DNA from: Schmidtea polychroa | Lineage: Eukaryota | Reading direction: 5' to 3' | DNA: 64,000 nt | Assembly: GCA_044892525.1 (NCBI GenBank) | Contig: CM097885.1 | Coordinates: forward strand, 20,400,001 to 20,464,000 | Shown here: positions 24,154-36,777 of the stretch, piece by piece | Numbering within the stretch: the stretch's first letter is position 1 | Layout: each line of letters starts with the position of its first letter | Position numbers and translations under genes: made by a program | Notes under the pieces: model-generated | The model's database searches: none | What the model saw: only the letters and a program-made list of their open reading frames with translations | Told to the model about the DNA's origin: nothing

Positions 24154-27100
24154 GCAGGAGACGCGAAGATGTCTCTTCGAGACAGGTAAGTATTTTTAAA
24201 TTATTATAGTAAATTTGTACTTTTCTTTTTTTATGTTCGTTTCGATTGTCAATCTTTACTTTATCAATACACTACGGTTTATATTTGATTTTAATTTGAA
24301 AACAAAATAAATTAAAGATTTTAAAAATTTTGAATAATTATTGATGCATTTGAAAATAATTGTTGAAATAGAAAAAAATATTTTAATTATCTTCAGACAT
24401 GAGTCTGATCAAAGAATAACTTTATCTATTATGTCATTGTACAGTTGAACTGGCAGAACCGGCAAAATGTCTATTTTACTTCACAATCTATCGCAACTTT
24501 TTATGCATCATTTAAGTTTCAAATTGAAATTAAATAAATCAAATCATTCACTGTGAAATAATAAAAGTGAGTATCTAAATATATTTTTTATTATTTTTTA
24601 ACTAAAATATTAAAATTCTCAAAACAATGGATTAATGTCTGAATTTATTTTTTATTCCCCACTATTTAACGAAAATAATTTAAATAATTAATTAAATTCA
24701 CTTCAGATATGACAAAAAAAATTATTGGCTCAGATAATATAAATACATTGAATTTACAATTCGTCTCTTTTCAACTTTTCCTTTTCAACTTTTCTGAAAG
24801 ACATTACCTCATATTCTATCAACATTTTTAAATTCCTTTTGGGATTATCGACATTTGCCTAATATTATGTAACCGTTATTTTAATCCTTTTGAAGGTTGT
24901 TGGCATTTATCTAAAGTACTGATTACTCATTATTTTCAATCTCCTGGGAGGGATTATTAAAAAATCTTACCAATTTCATTCCTAAATGGTTGCTCGGTCA
25001 AATTCACTTCAACTTATATTTAGTCGGGTCTCAGTGCTATCCGAGTTTTCCTCGTCGTTCGGGCTTCTCATTAGCTCAAGCTTTCCATTAGCGATTAATT
25101 AATTAATTTATAATTAGTTTGTTATTTTATTACAACGTTTTCGAAAGACTCCCAAATAAATGTTTATTTTTGTTTTTGGATTTGTCTCATCATTTTGGTT
25201 CAACCCCCGATTGATATTAATTTTTACTTAATTTTTGCACTTTTGTTATTTTGGTGTTTTTATTGATTTTTATTCTACTTCCGTTTTATTTTGTGCATTT
25301 GTACATTACCCCAACAATTGTAACAAATTCGGGGTAACAATACTTCCATTGTAATGAACGCATCTGATTGGTCAAGAGTCAAACTCAAAATGCAAATGCA
25401 AATAAAATACAAATTATTCGTAATATTTGTTCTGTTTTTATTGGTCATTTTTAATTCAATTAACTATTTTGTATAAATAACATGTATAAATTTTATGCAG
25501 TTGAGTGACATATATGTAAAATTAATTTTCGGTGAAGATTTTATTATTTAAACAATTTAATAATTAGTTTGAAGTGTTTTTAAAAACTATAATTAATATA
25601 TAAAATATTTATTTTCTAAAAATCTTTTATTATATTATTTTTAATAATACAAATTCGTCAACATTTTCTTAATGTCAAATACTGAAATTAAAAATTAAAA
25701 CTTAAATCTAATTAAATGTCTATTTTTATTATTTCATAAAATAAAGATAAATTTGACATACAATTAAAATGAATTTAATTAAATCCAAATTATCATTTCA
25801 TCTCGTAAAACACTTCACAGTTTCAACTGATTAGTCAAAGGCCTGTGAAGGAAAATAAAATTTCATTATTTTACAAAAAAAGTTTTTTTCATTCTTTTAT
25901 TAAAACTTTTGAAGTTTCGCAATTTAATTTAAATTTTGTTTTGTTTTAATTAATTAATATTTTTATTTTACAAAGAAACAAAATATATTTTTCTATTTCA
26001 AATTATTTATGTTAATTTTGTGTAGATTCAAATAATAGCTCTGGCAATGATTTTTGGGAGTGAGGTTAAATATTTTTATTGTACTGATGTTTAAACGGTC
26101 TAAAATCAAAAATAAGCATTATTATTCAATTAAATATCTATAATAATTTACCATAATTATTTTTGTAAAAATCGTAAAATAAATTGTTCTCAACGTATGG
26201 TGAACAAAAGGATGACTGTATGAAATCCGACAAAAAACGGTTTGGTTTCTTAAGGAAACTTAAACAAACCCACACGAGTAGCACCTTACTGCACAATGTT
26301 ATGGGGGGGGTTGATTGAATTATTATGGTGTTTTTTGTTTTATACTGGCCCGAAAAGCCAATATTGAAGACATGTATGTATCCTCACAAATTTTAATCCC
26401 ATAAAAATTAGGAATATGATGTTTTTACTTTTTCATGAATTTGAGTAAGGCATGTGACTCACAAAATGACCTGTATAAGGATCAAGTTAAATAAGACAAT
26501 TAATTCAATTTAAATAATTAACTAATTTAATAAATTATATTTTAATTAATTTAGCATTTAACCTAATATAACATGAGTCCATTTTACTAAATAGTGAGAT
26601 ACATGATGTGTTCAATAGATACCCGGACTAAGTGCTAAAAGAAACCAACAGGACGGTATATTTTAACAAAAGAACCATAAGTGTAGATAAGTATTATATT
26701 TCAACATGAAACCGATTCTGGTATTAACACTTTCTTCAACGATGCAAGAACTCCAAAAAACATTTTGAATAAAATTGGGCTTTGAATTTACAACCAAGAT
26801 TCCTCATCCTGGGGTAAAAATTTTCAGTATTTGTTAGATTGTCCATCGTAACTGTTTATTCATTTGCCTGAATAGATAAAAGTTTCTCGGCAGAAGATCG
26901 GATTGTAAGGAGGTTGATCTAAGAGAACAAATCCATTTTTCTCAATTATTGTCATTATTTCACCACTTTTGTGGATTGGAGCTTAGTATTGTTGGGATAC
27001 TGGGTCGTTGGTGATATTTATATATTACAAGTTATTACTCTAACTTCAAGTGTGCTTTTAACTGATCCACAAATATCATTCGTCAACAGGAAACTTTATT

Positions 27101-30013
27101 TATAATCACAAATAATTTTCACTACACAATGACACAATCGGTTCAACAATCTGGCCTACGATTATACAGTGCTTATTACGATACTCTGTAACGAATAGCA
27201 CTCGCGTATGACACTGGGTTTGAAGGATTACTAGCAACCGATTGGTTCTAACAACGGGGAACTTGAGCTGATGACATTTTCTAGCTGTGACATGGATTCT
27301 ACTTGCTAAACGTATCCTTTAGCACTCTCTGATCAATATTTAGTTTTAGTTTCTTTATTTTTGAACCACAACTTTCTTCATATATCTCAATAACTTCTTC
27401 TCGTCTGGATCCAATCAATTCTTCTCCGACAATTATTCTCTAGCAATTATTCTTTTAACAATTCGTCTCGGTAAATCTCCACAATTCCTTTTCTCACAAT
27501 TTGTTGTTACTATTTTCGACTTTACAATTTCTATTACAATTTATCGTCTCCTTCTTCTGTCTCTGTTTCCTTTTTATATGGCTCATCAATTTGTTTTACT
27601 TGGGTTTATCTTTCTATTTTTACCAATCTGCCTTTGAGACACTGCACATAATTTTGCTTCTCACTATCCCTGACAGCGGTCGAGATAAGTTTTAATTTCC
27701 TTTTTTTCATTTATCCGCCTTCTTCAATTGAATCCGCTATCTCTGACAGGCCGTTGAGATATGTATTTTCTGTTTTAGTTTTTTCTTGGAATTTGAAATT
27801 CCTTTTCCCCTTTTAGTACTTTTTCATTAATGATGACCTTTATTTTAATCTCATCCTTTTAGAACTCGTTTCTGTAGGGAATTTAATCTTGCTTGGATCA
27901 TTTCCTGTCTCAGAAACATTTAGTGATAAAGGTAATAATAATTTTAAAGGATTGGTCACCATGTTCATCAAAAATGAGAAGGTTTGCCTGGCGGCATTTC
28001 ATCCGGTTTTCAAACATCTCAGAGGAAAGAAAAGATGTGACGAAGCTGGATACCAATTTTCATACGTCAAATTCATTCAGGATGGTATGCACTCCTCTGG
28101 TATTTGCATTAGGCCGTAGCGAGATATCCTTTGAAAGTGATTAGGTGTTTTTCATTCACAATTTGCAAACCTTTCGTTCTTTTTGGATAAAAAATTTCAC
28201 AAAAACGACCAATTATCTCATCTTCAAACAGTGGCTAATCTAATCGTAGATTGTGATAAGGGAGGAGCATATATTTTCATAAGTTGTCTGCAACTGATTC
28301 CATATTTATTGACTTTTATCACCGTGCAAGGCAAAGAATCTAATCGTACTTCAAAACTCAACAGGATGTATCATGATTTGTCAAATAAATTGGAAATGTG
28401 CTTTCCAGTGCTGCTATGTTTATGAATATTAAAACAAAATTTTAATTTTTTATTTTATTAATACCAATTTTTGAATATCTTTTTAAATTAATGGATTCAA
28501 TCAATTTTGGAGTCACACAGCCTAACAACCTGAAAGACTGGAAGTACATTTTCTTATTTTCTTTATAAATTCTCCCTTTAGAAAATCATAATAAAAATAA
28601 TTGATGGCCTCGTGATGAGTTTTTATGGCTTCTTTCATCTTATCATATAAATCTTTATTAAAAATCTTTGTAAAAATCACAAATCCATTCAAAAACCAGA
28701 AATGGACGTACAAACTAATAATTGCTCTTATTATAAGAACTTTTTTTCCAATTTCACCACTGATTTCTTTTCCATTAATATAATAATTCCTCTCCGTAAT
28801 GAAGAAATAAACTAGCTTACAATGCGCACTACTCAAACAAATATTAGTATCCCAATGATAAATTCATGTGGTCTTTCAACATATTAGAGGAACCTCTAGT
28901 TTTGTTGTATTACAATCCACAAATCACAGTATCACAGCTTTGCAATATTTTACCACAAAACTGTAGCTTTTTGTCAGTGAGTCTTCCATTCTTCTATAAT
29001 GTTCCTCAAATTTAATCAAGAATATGATGCTGACAACCAATATCTTGTGAAACCTAACAATTTATAAACAGAAAATGACGTTGAGAATTTTTATCTTACA
29101 TTTATCTTACAACATGTTACAAAGGCTATGTTGATTATAATAATTTTTATTTCTAGTCATAATTTGAAGATGTTCAGAACATTTGCTCCTGAATTTTCGA
29201 ATGAAAGGCTGTCAATCGAATTTGTTTTGTTTCAGTCTTAGATAAAATTAATTGTTGTTCTCTTCGTGCACCCTTTTATCATCAAAACGCAAAGCCTATT
29301 CTTCCCTTTACGTTGTTTCTTTCGTTTTTTTGTTTTGAACTCCTAGCTTTTTAAAGCTTTATACATATCTTCCTAATGTAGGGATATCAGTAATATTATT
29401 CCTCTCTTTTAAAGTTTATCTGAATACTTTTGTAACTTTCCTTCTCTTCGTAATTTCATTCTTTCCCAGATCCAAGGCGTTAGTTGCTGAATATTGTTGT
29501 TTTGTTTAGAATGTAGCGAATGGTTCAAAGATATCATAAGTACATTTTCTAAATATTTCCTCTCCACTTATGAGGATTTTTTATTTTTATTTTTTGAATG
29601 CGATACTATTGAATTTGTATTTTTGACAAAATAATGAAATAGATATTATTATTGGTTTAGAACACCCTAGGGGAGGTTATAAAATGAAAATGACATTACA
29701 CTTATAGTTTATTTGTTTAGTTATTTTTCATATAATAACTTAGCTCGGCGGACTTTTGTGCAAAAAGCTTATTGTTACCTTCGCCATATAGTTGAATCTA
29801 AGTTAAAAAGAGCAACTATTTGTAAACACGAGACACTTATAGCTAAAGATTACAACGATTGGAAACTTTCAACATAAAAAATTGTGGCTTCCTAAAAATG
29901 AATTGTCTAAAATCTACGAAGTTTGAAAAGAAATCCTTTTGTTACAATTGCAATATGTTAATATACTACTAATCAAGAGATCGAATCAAAAGTGTTTCAA
30001 CATGAGAGAGGAT

Positions 30014-30366
<353 letters not shown>

Positions 30367-31894
30367 TAAATAGAGCATTAAAATAAAAATGTATTTAAAT
30401 ATTGGGATGAAATTAATTGTTGATTTTATATTTATTTTCTCAGTTAATTTTTTTAAATTTAATTTTTGATTTAATTTTAAATTTAATACATGTCAAACAT
30501 TAATGCCGAAATCAATATAAAAGTTACGGAAGTTATTTTTAGGTAAACATTTAAAAAGAAATTTGAGTTTAATTTTAATTTCAATTATTATTATTATTAT
30601 CGTTCAAAAGTGACACTTTCAATTATTATGAATAATGAGAATAATATGAATAATTATAATTATCTTAAAATATCTATATAATAAAAATGTTTTTAAATAA
30701 AATAATTCATTAGAATTTCTGATATTTGTTTTAGAAATATTTTAGAAAAATACATTTTTGGCGATTGATTTAATTATTTAATTATAATTAAAAATATATC
30801 TGACTTACATTATATCAAAATAATTCCAAAATTATAATTATAAAATAACTTTCATAAAATGCTTAAAAAACCTGAAAATTAATTAAAGATAATTTATAAC
30901 ACAAATTTTGACTAAAAGTAATATCTATATGGATCAAAATTCAAGTCTTAAAATTTACTCAAAATTAAACATCTTACATTTCAAAATTGGCTAAAATAAA
31001 TTTCAAGATATGAAATTTATTAAAACGGTGAGTCAATTTAATGAGACCAATTGATGTACATACTAACCACCACTATAGAAAATGTATCTCAGCGGTGTTT
31101 GGTATATTTATTAGAAATTATATAAAGCATGCAAAATATTAAAAGAAATTATAACAAGTATGGAGCAAAATATTTAGTTGTTATTTGTATTTTTTTAGTG
31201 GTAAAAAGTGCGCCAAAATGCCCTGACAATGTTAAGAAACTAAACATTATTATTTTACAGGTAATTATACTGAAGTTATAATTATTAAACGGGAGATTTA
31301 TATTAAATTATTATCATCATTATTATTATTATTAGTAAAAAGTAATGATTTCTTGATAGACGGATTAATTAAATGATAATTTAAGTCTTTTGCTGCGAAG
31401 TAAATATTCAATAAAATGAAAAAAACAAATAGCCCTTTTCAATTTCTTGAAATTTAGTTACTTCAACTTTTTGACCTTTTCTTTCATTCCCTTTTTCTTA
31501 CTTCTCATTGGTTAAAAATAAACTGAAACAAATTAAAATTTTTTTGAAGAATATAAAAAATCTTTTTAAATTAAATTGCATTTTAAATTCAAAAAAAAAA
31601 CAAAGCAATACAAAGAATTTTTAAGTTTTTAAAGCTTCTATAATTAGCTCATAGAAACTTCTTTTAATAAATGATATAAAATATTTATAAAACAAAATTT
31701 CCAATAACTATTTACATAAGCTATTTAACAGTTTTTGGAAAATGTTTACATTTTGATTTTTATTTTTAATGATCTCTAAAAGTTTACTTCCTTAAAATTC
31801 TATCTAGTTTTTGTATGTTATTTTTAAATTATTATTTTTTAAAAGAAAATATTCTCAAGGTCAATAACAATTTTTCGCTTGTTATCATTAATAT

Positions 31895-32205
31895 CTTTAT
31901 ATTTTTATTAAAACCATTGATGAAATTTCTAGGGGAAATGTGTTGGTTTTATCTTTGAATTCTACTCGAATATTCTGTCTATCAGTTTTATTTATTACAT
32001 CAAGCGACCAATGTTTCATTTCGCTTTAAACTGACAATAAATCAAATTTTTGTCTAATTCATCGCCAAATTTGATTTTTGCAGGATCTCCAATCAATCAT
32101 TCCGTATCAGTTCATGCAACATAACTAAGCGTTGTGCAGTTTCCTGGATCATTTGCAATAAATTCACCTTTTCCATGTTGAAATACGTCAACGCATGATA
32201 AATAA
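31895..32205 (-). pseudogene. hsp70: Hsp70 N-terminal pseudogene fragment
   Basis: [39 protein letters not shown] and SEMKHWSLDVIN...EISSMVLIK match the Hsp70 ATPase domain, with stops and a deletion. Confidence 0.9.
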
Positions 32206-32211
32206 TAGTTA

Positions 32212-32418
32212 CCGTATTTGCCCGAATATAACGCAACATTTTTTAACATTTTATTTTTATTAAATAATCGACTCGTCCTAAATTCGGGGTTTAAGTAATG
32301 TAATTTAAATAACGACATTAATTTTTAATTTTTTATGAGTATTTTTTTTCTAAAAATCTTTATGAAAATTTTGGTGTCGCGTTAAATTCTGGTTCGCGTT
32401 ATATTCGGGGTAATGCGG
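32212..32418. mobile_element. Tc2/pogo-type MITE
   Basis: TIR CCGTATTTGCCCGAATATAACGC / GCGTTATATTCGGGGTAATGCGG with TA on both sides. Confidence 0.85.
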
Positions 32419-32731
32419 TAATAACCATTTGTAATTCTTTAAAATTTTATGAGATTCACAGAAAAACTATAATATTAAAACACTGCCCATTTTGATTTAT
32501 TTAAATGAAGTCAAAAAGAAAAATTCCAAATATAATTTTTAAACAAAAAAACTTCCTAAAAAGCAAATTAATTTCCAAATTCAACTTAACAAATAGAAAT
32601 TAAATTGCTTGCAATATCTTATTTTAGCATTTTTAATTTGATTTGCAAATTGATATAAATTTCTTAATTAATATTTAATTTCCAATAGTTATCATTTTAA
32701 AACTGGAACATACAATTATTATTATTACTAA

Positions 32732-32958
<227 letters not shown>

Positions 32959-33105
32959 TTATTATTATTATACGGGTTTTAAAACAATTAATTAAGCCTG
33001 TTTAATGAAAACAATTATTACTATTTTAAATATTTATTTTATTGTTGAAAATTTTTTTAGAACTTTTTTTTAGTAAAAAATATTATATTAAAAATTCTTA
33101 ATTAC

Positions 33106-34646
33106 TTTAAATTGATCATTTAAAACAATTAGTCGTCTGATAATTTCTTTTGGAGAATTCTGAGAAGAGTAATTTGACAAAAACGGGATCTGGCAGCTGT
33201 GTAATTCATAAAATATCATTCCAAAAGAATAAATATCTGATTTCTGAAACGAAATAGAATCTAGGTTATTTGGATTTGCGGGAAACTTTATTTTAATAAA
33301 TGCCTCCAAACATGATTCATCATTTGATAAATTGAAAGGATTTACGTCTGTTTTATTTTCATGTGACCTCTTCCTTTCTGACATCAGTCCAAGCTTTAAG
33401 TTTTGAAGAAACTGATTATTGTGAGATTTATGCTGAATCATATCACGGAGAATCTCCGGAGCAGTCCAAAACATGGATAAGAAATAAATATATTCTGGAG
33501 TATCTGGCAGAGGTGACACATTAGTTAAGAATTCTCTCATTCCAAAATCGGTTAATTTTACAGTCCACCGACTATCAACAAGACAATTTGAGGATTTCAA
33601 ATGTCCATGAAAACAGATATCAGGATTTTCATGAAGAAAATTCAAACCCCTTATAACATCGAAAGCAAATGAACTCAGAAACACTGGATACTCTTTAGTA
33701 AGCTTTGTGCTATATAAAACATCTTGTAGACTACCACGATCACAGAATTCCCAAACCACCCAAGTATCCTGATGCTCTATGATAGCCCCCATGAATTTAT
33801 TCAAATTTATATAACTTATTTCTCTAAGAGTCTTTAATTCCTTTTTCACTTTACGAGTTATTGATATAGCGGAACTGAAAAAGACTCTTTTTACTACAAC
33901 TTCTTGGTTTCTATACATACACAAAATCAAATTTGACGTACCCCAATCTGGTTGTAGAATATGTCCAATGTTACAACAGCTCTTTGCTAAAATAAATTGA
34001 CTATCTTCTTCGAAAGGTAAGCAAACATTTCCATTTTCTATCTCTTTAATTGGTGGTCTAGTAATAAAGGAAAACTTTTCTAGCAATTCTGGATTTGAAA
34101 AATCTAGTTCTTTTAGTCTATCTATTTTCCACAAAAGCCTTTCCAGTTCTTTTTCATATCGTTTACTTTTTATGATAAAGGCCGACACGAATATCACTAA
34201 TATCAGAAGAATAAATAAACTGACAGGAATAGATATGAGCTTTTCGTTGGTCCTACAAATTTCTCCATTAAATCCACATTCTGGAATATCTCGGGGTATA
34301 TCATGGACCCAATTTATATTTTTATTATTCATAAATTCGAACTCTAGAAGACTTCCGTCATCAAGTTTAAATAGACCGATTGGATCAATTTTCATTTCGC
34401 CGTTTGCGTTGATAATTAGTTGATTGACGGTGTAATTCCCATAGGCCTCCCCTTTATTATCGATGTGGTTCATGTATCCGAAGACACTTTTATAATATCT
34501 GTTTAATAATAATTTCTTTAAAAGCATTCCATCTTTTGGGGAGCCTAGACTCTGATTTTTTAAAACGATACCAACAACAGTTGCATAGAGTAATACCGCA
34601 TCATAGAGGTAACTTGATTCCATCGGAGCATACGAAGTATTTGATT
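33106..34646 (-). CDS. Receptor guanylyl cyclase large exon: distal ectodomain, TM helix, kinase-homology (pseudokinase) domain
   Basis: Contains YLYDAV, the juxtamembrane PECGFNGEIC, a hydrophobic TM (LISIPVSLFILLILVIFVSAFII), HGHLKSSNCLVDSRWTVKLTDFG (no HRD aspartate), WTAPE and KSDIYSFG. AG/GT borders are in phase. Confidence 0.95.
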
Positions 34647-35219
34647 CTTAAAAAATAATAATGAGAATATTATTTTTAGTATTATTTTTTATAATTCATT
34701 TAATTCAATTTAAACAATTGGTAAAGTTTTTTATTTACAAAAGAATTCAGTTTTAAAAATGATATAAAAAAGGATAATAGCGGAACGTTTGAATGTGGAG
34801 AAATGGGTCGCGTTCTGAAAGGTAGGTTGTAGCCACACGCGGTTGATACAAAATATGGTAAAATACTTCCAACAAACTTGGATATTATTCTTGATTAGCT
34901 CCTCAGCTAGTAGATATTAGTTTCACCACAAAATATGAGAATAAATAGATATGAAAATTACAATAATAATCACAAGTATGTCAATGATTTTACGAACAGT
35001 TTGATAAGAAGTTTGATGATTATGCTGCAAATTTTCCATTTTTTGGTATCATAGAAGGACCATATGCTAGACTTTTTTTTACTTTTTTACTTTTTTGAAT
35101 ATTTTATTAGCTTTTAATTATTTTTTAACAACTTCAATTTTCTAATTAGCTTGTGCATTTTTGCGCAAATCATAACAAGTGTTTGACCCTGGGGCTAAAA
35201 TAAACATCTATAATAATAT

Positions 35220-35320
35220 TAATGTCGTTTCAAAAAATTGTAAAGTTTGTGACATGTTAAGTAATAAATTTGTGCCGCTTGCTTTATGTTCTCATCTCAT
35301 AGATTCTATATCTTTTAAAA
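35220..35320 (+). repeat. ~100-bp interspersed repeat, second copy at ~39625-39720
   Basis: Shared TTTCAAAAAATTGTAAAGTTTGTGACATGTTAAGTAATAAAT..GCCGCTTGCTTTA. Confidence 0.8.
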
Positions 35321-35847
35321 TATTTTAGTCAATATTTTTCTGTCATCTTCTCAACTCCTATAATAAAGTTCAATAAAGTTTGCTTTAATTTTTTGATGTT
35401 ATCTTTGTTTGATGAAATTGAACCTTATAAAATATAAAATGAAAATGTTTTTTGTGCTTAAATTCTTCGTGTCATTGGTACCACTAGTTCCTAATCATCA
35501 ATCTCTTTGCATCATTCAGATTGTTGAACTTTTATATAAAATGAACCATCATAAAAGTAACTCAACACTTATACATTGCGATAAAAGATATTTCAAATCG
35601 TGATAAAAAAGAAGTAAATTTGGCCAGTGCTTTTTTTAAACTTGAATAATGATTTTTATATTAAATTAAAGCTATTTTTAAAATGCGATTATCAAAAAAT
35701 GCAGTTAGCCATCTATGGTGTATACATTTTTAATATTTATATTGAAATGTTATATTATTGCTGTCTTAGTTTTGAACTGGTAATGATGTTATTATTAATT
35801 TTTTCAAATTTTTTATATGATCATTATAAATAAAAATATAAAATTAA

Positions 35848-36143
35848 AATTTATTAAAAGCTTGAAGACTATGAATCAGTAAATATATATAAAACATCGA
35901 TATATTTACTGATTCATAGTCTTCAAGCTTTCTAATAAATACAATGGAAAAGAAATCAGTGGTGAAATTTGAAAATGTTCTTATAATAAAATTTAATATT
36001 ATAAGATTATTTTCAAATTTCGCCACTGATTTCTTTTCAATTGATTTTGTATTTAATAAAAAGCTTGACTATGAATCAATAAATATATCGATGTTTTTTG
36101 ATATTCATATTCTTAATTTCAAAAAACCATCGATATATTTACC
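35848..36143. repeat. Four alternately inverted segments of one repeat unit; dispersed family
   Basis: Unit CATCGATATATTTACTGATTCATAGTCTTCAAGC...AAATCAGTGGTGAAATT..GTTCTTATAA. Other pieces occur at ~28730, ~46250, ~56450 and ~60250. Confidence 0.85.
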
Positions 36144-36527
36144 TAGCGCTTTTTTCTGACGGAACGCTCCGGAACAGCGTTCCGGCATCTTTTTTCGCTG
36201 AATGATTTTAAAAAATTGACATATGTTTTGGTTTTTTGTCATATTTCTATTTCTGACATTTCAAATAGCAAATTACAATCAAATTAAAAGTAGTAGTCGT
36301 ACGCCAAAGCGAGTGAATCAAAGCTCCGTGCTTCCTATGTGTTATTACTATTATATATAACACGCTCACGGTAAATATACGTCATTAATATACTACGTCA
36401 TTAACATCGTTTTCTGTCGTCGGTAATAAGTGTATATTTTGTGTCCTGCATAATTATTTTATTCAGCTAATTTCAGCGTCATTTTTTTGCATATATCGGG
36501 CACCTTTTTTCCAGAAAAAAAGCACTG
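36144..36527. mobile_element. MITE (hAT-like ends)
   Basis: TIR TAGCGCTTTTTTCTG / CAGAAAAAAAGCACTG; no clear TSD. Confidence 0.6.
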
Positions 36528-36573
36528 AGTTTGGCCATCCATTTTATGTATACCTAATTTAAATTTTACTTAC

Positions 36574-36777
36574 TGTCTTGTGATTCTACATTGAATGGTG
36601 GACGACTCATGAAATATTTGAATTTTGAGCTTTCGGTTTTGATCAACTGACCTTCGGGTTCTATATGACTAATAATGACAAAATTTCGCAACGAGCGTGA
36701 ATCCACTTGAATATTTCCAAAAGCAGAATCAGAAATTGCTTCGAGCCGCAATACCAATGATACGACAAAATAATTAC
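36574..36777 (-). CDS. Receptor guanylyl cyclase exon (ectodomain)
   Basis: TTTCAG acceptor, GTAAGT donor, phase 1/1; encodes GNYFVVSL...MSRPPFNV. Confidence 0.85.

Noticed and set aside
24868..25325. Possible solo LTR (TGTAAC...TGTAACA)
   Set aside because: No TSD and no second copy in the window.
34172..34423. Plus-strand ORFs overlapping real coding regions (also 2724-3284, 10715-10921)
   Set aside because: Antisense shadows with no motifs.
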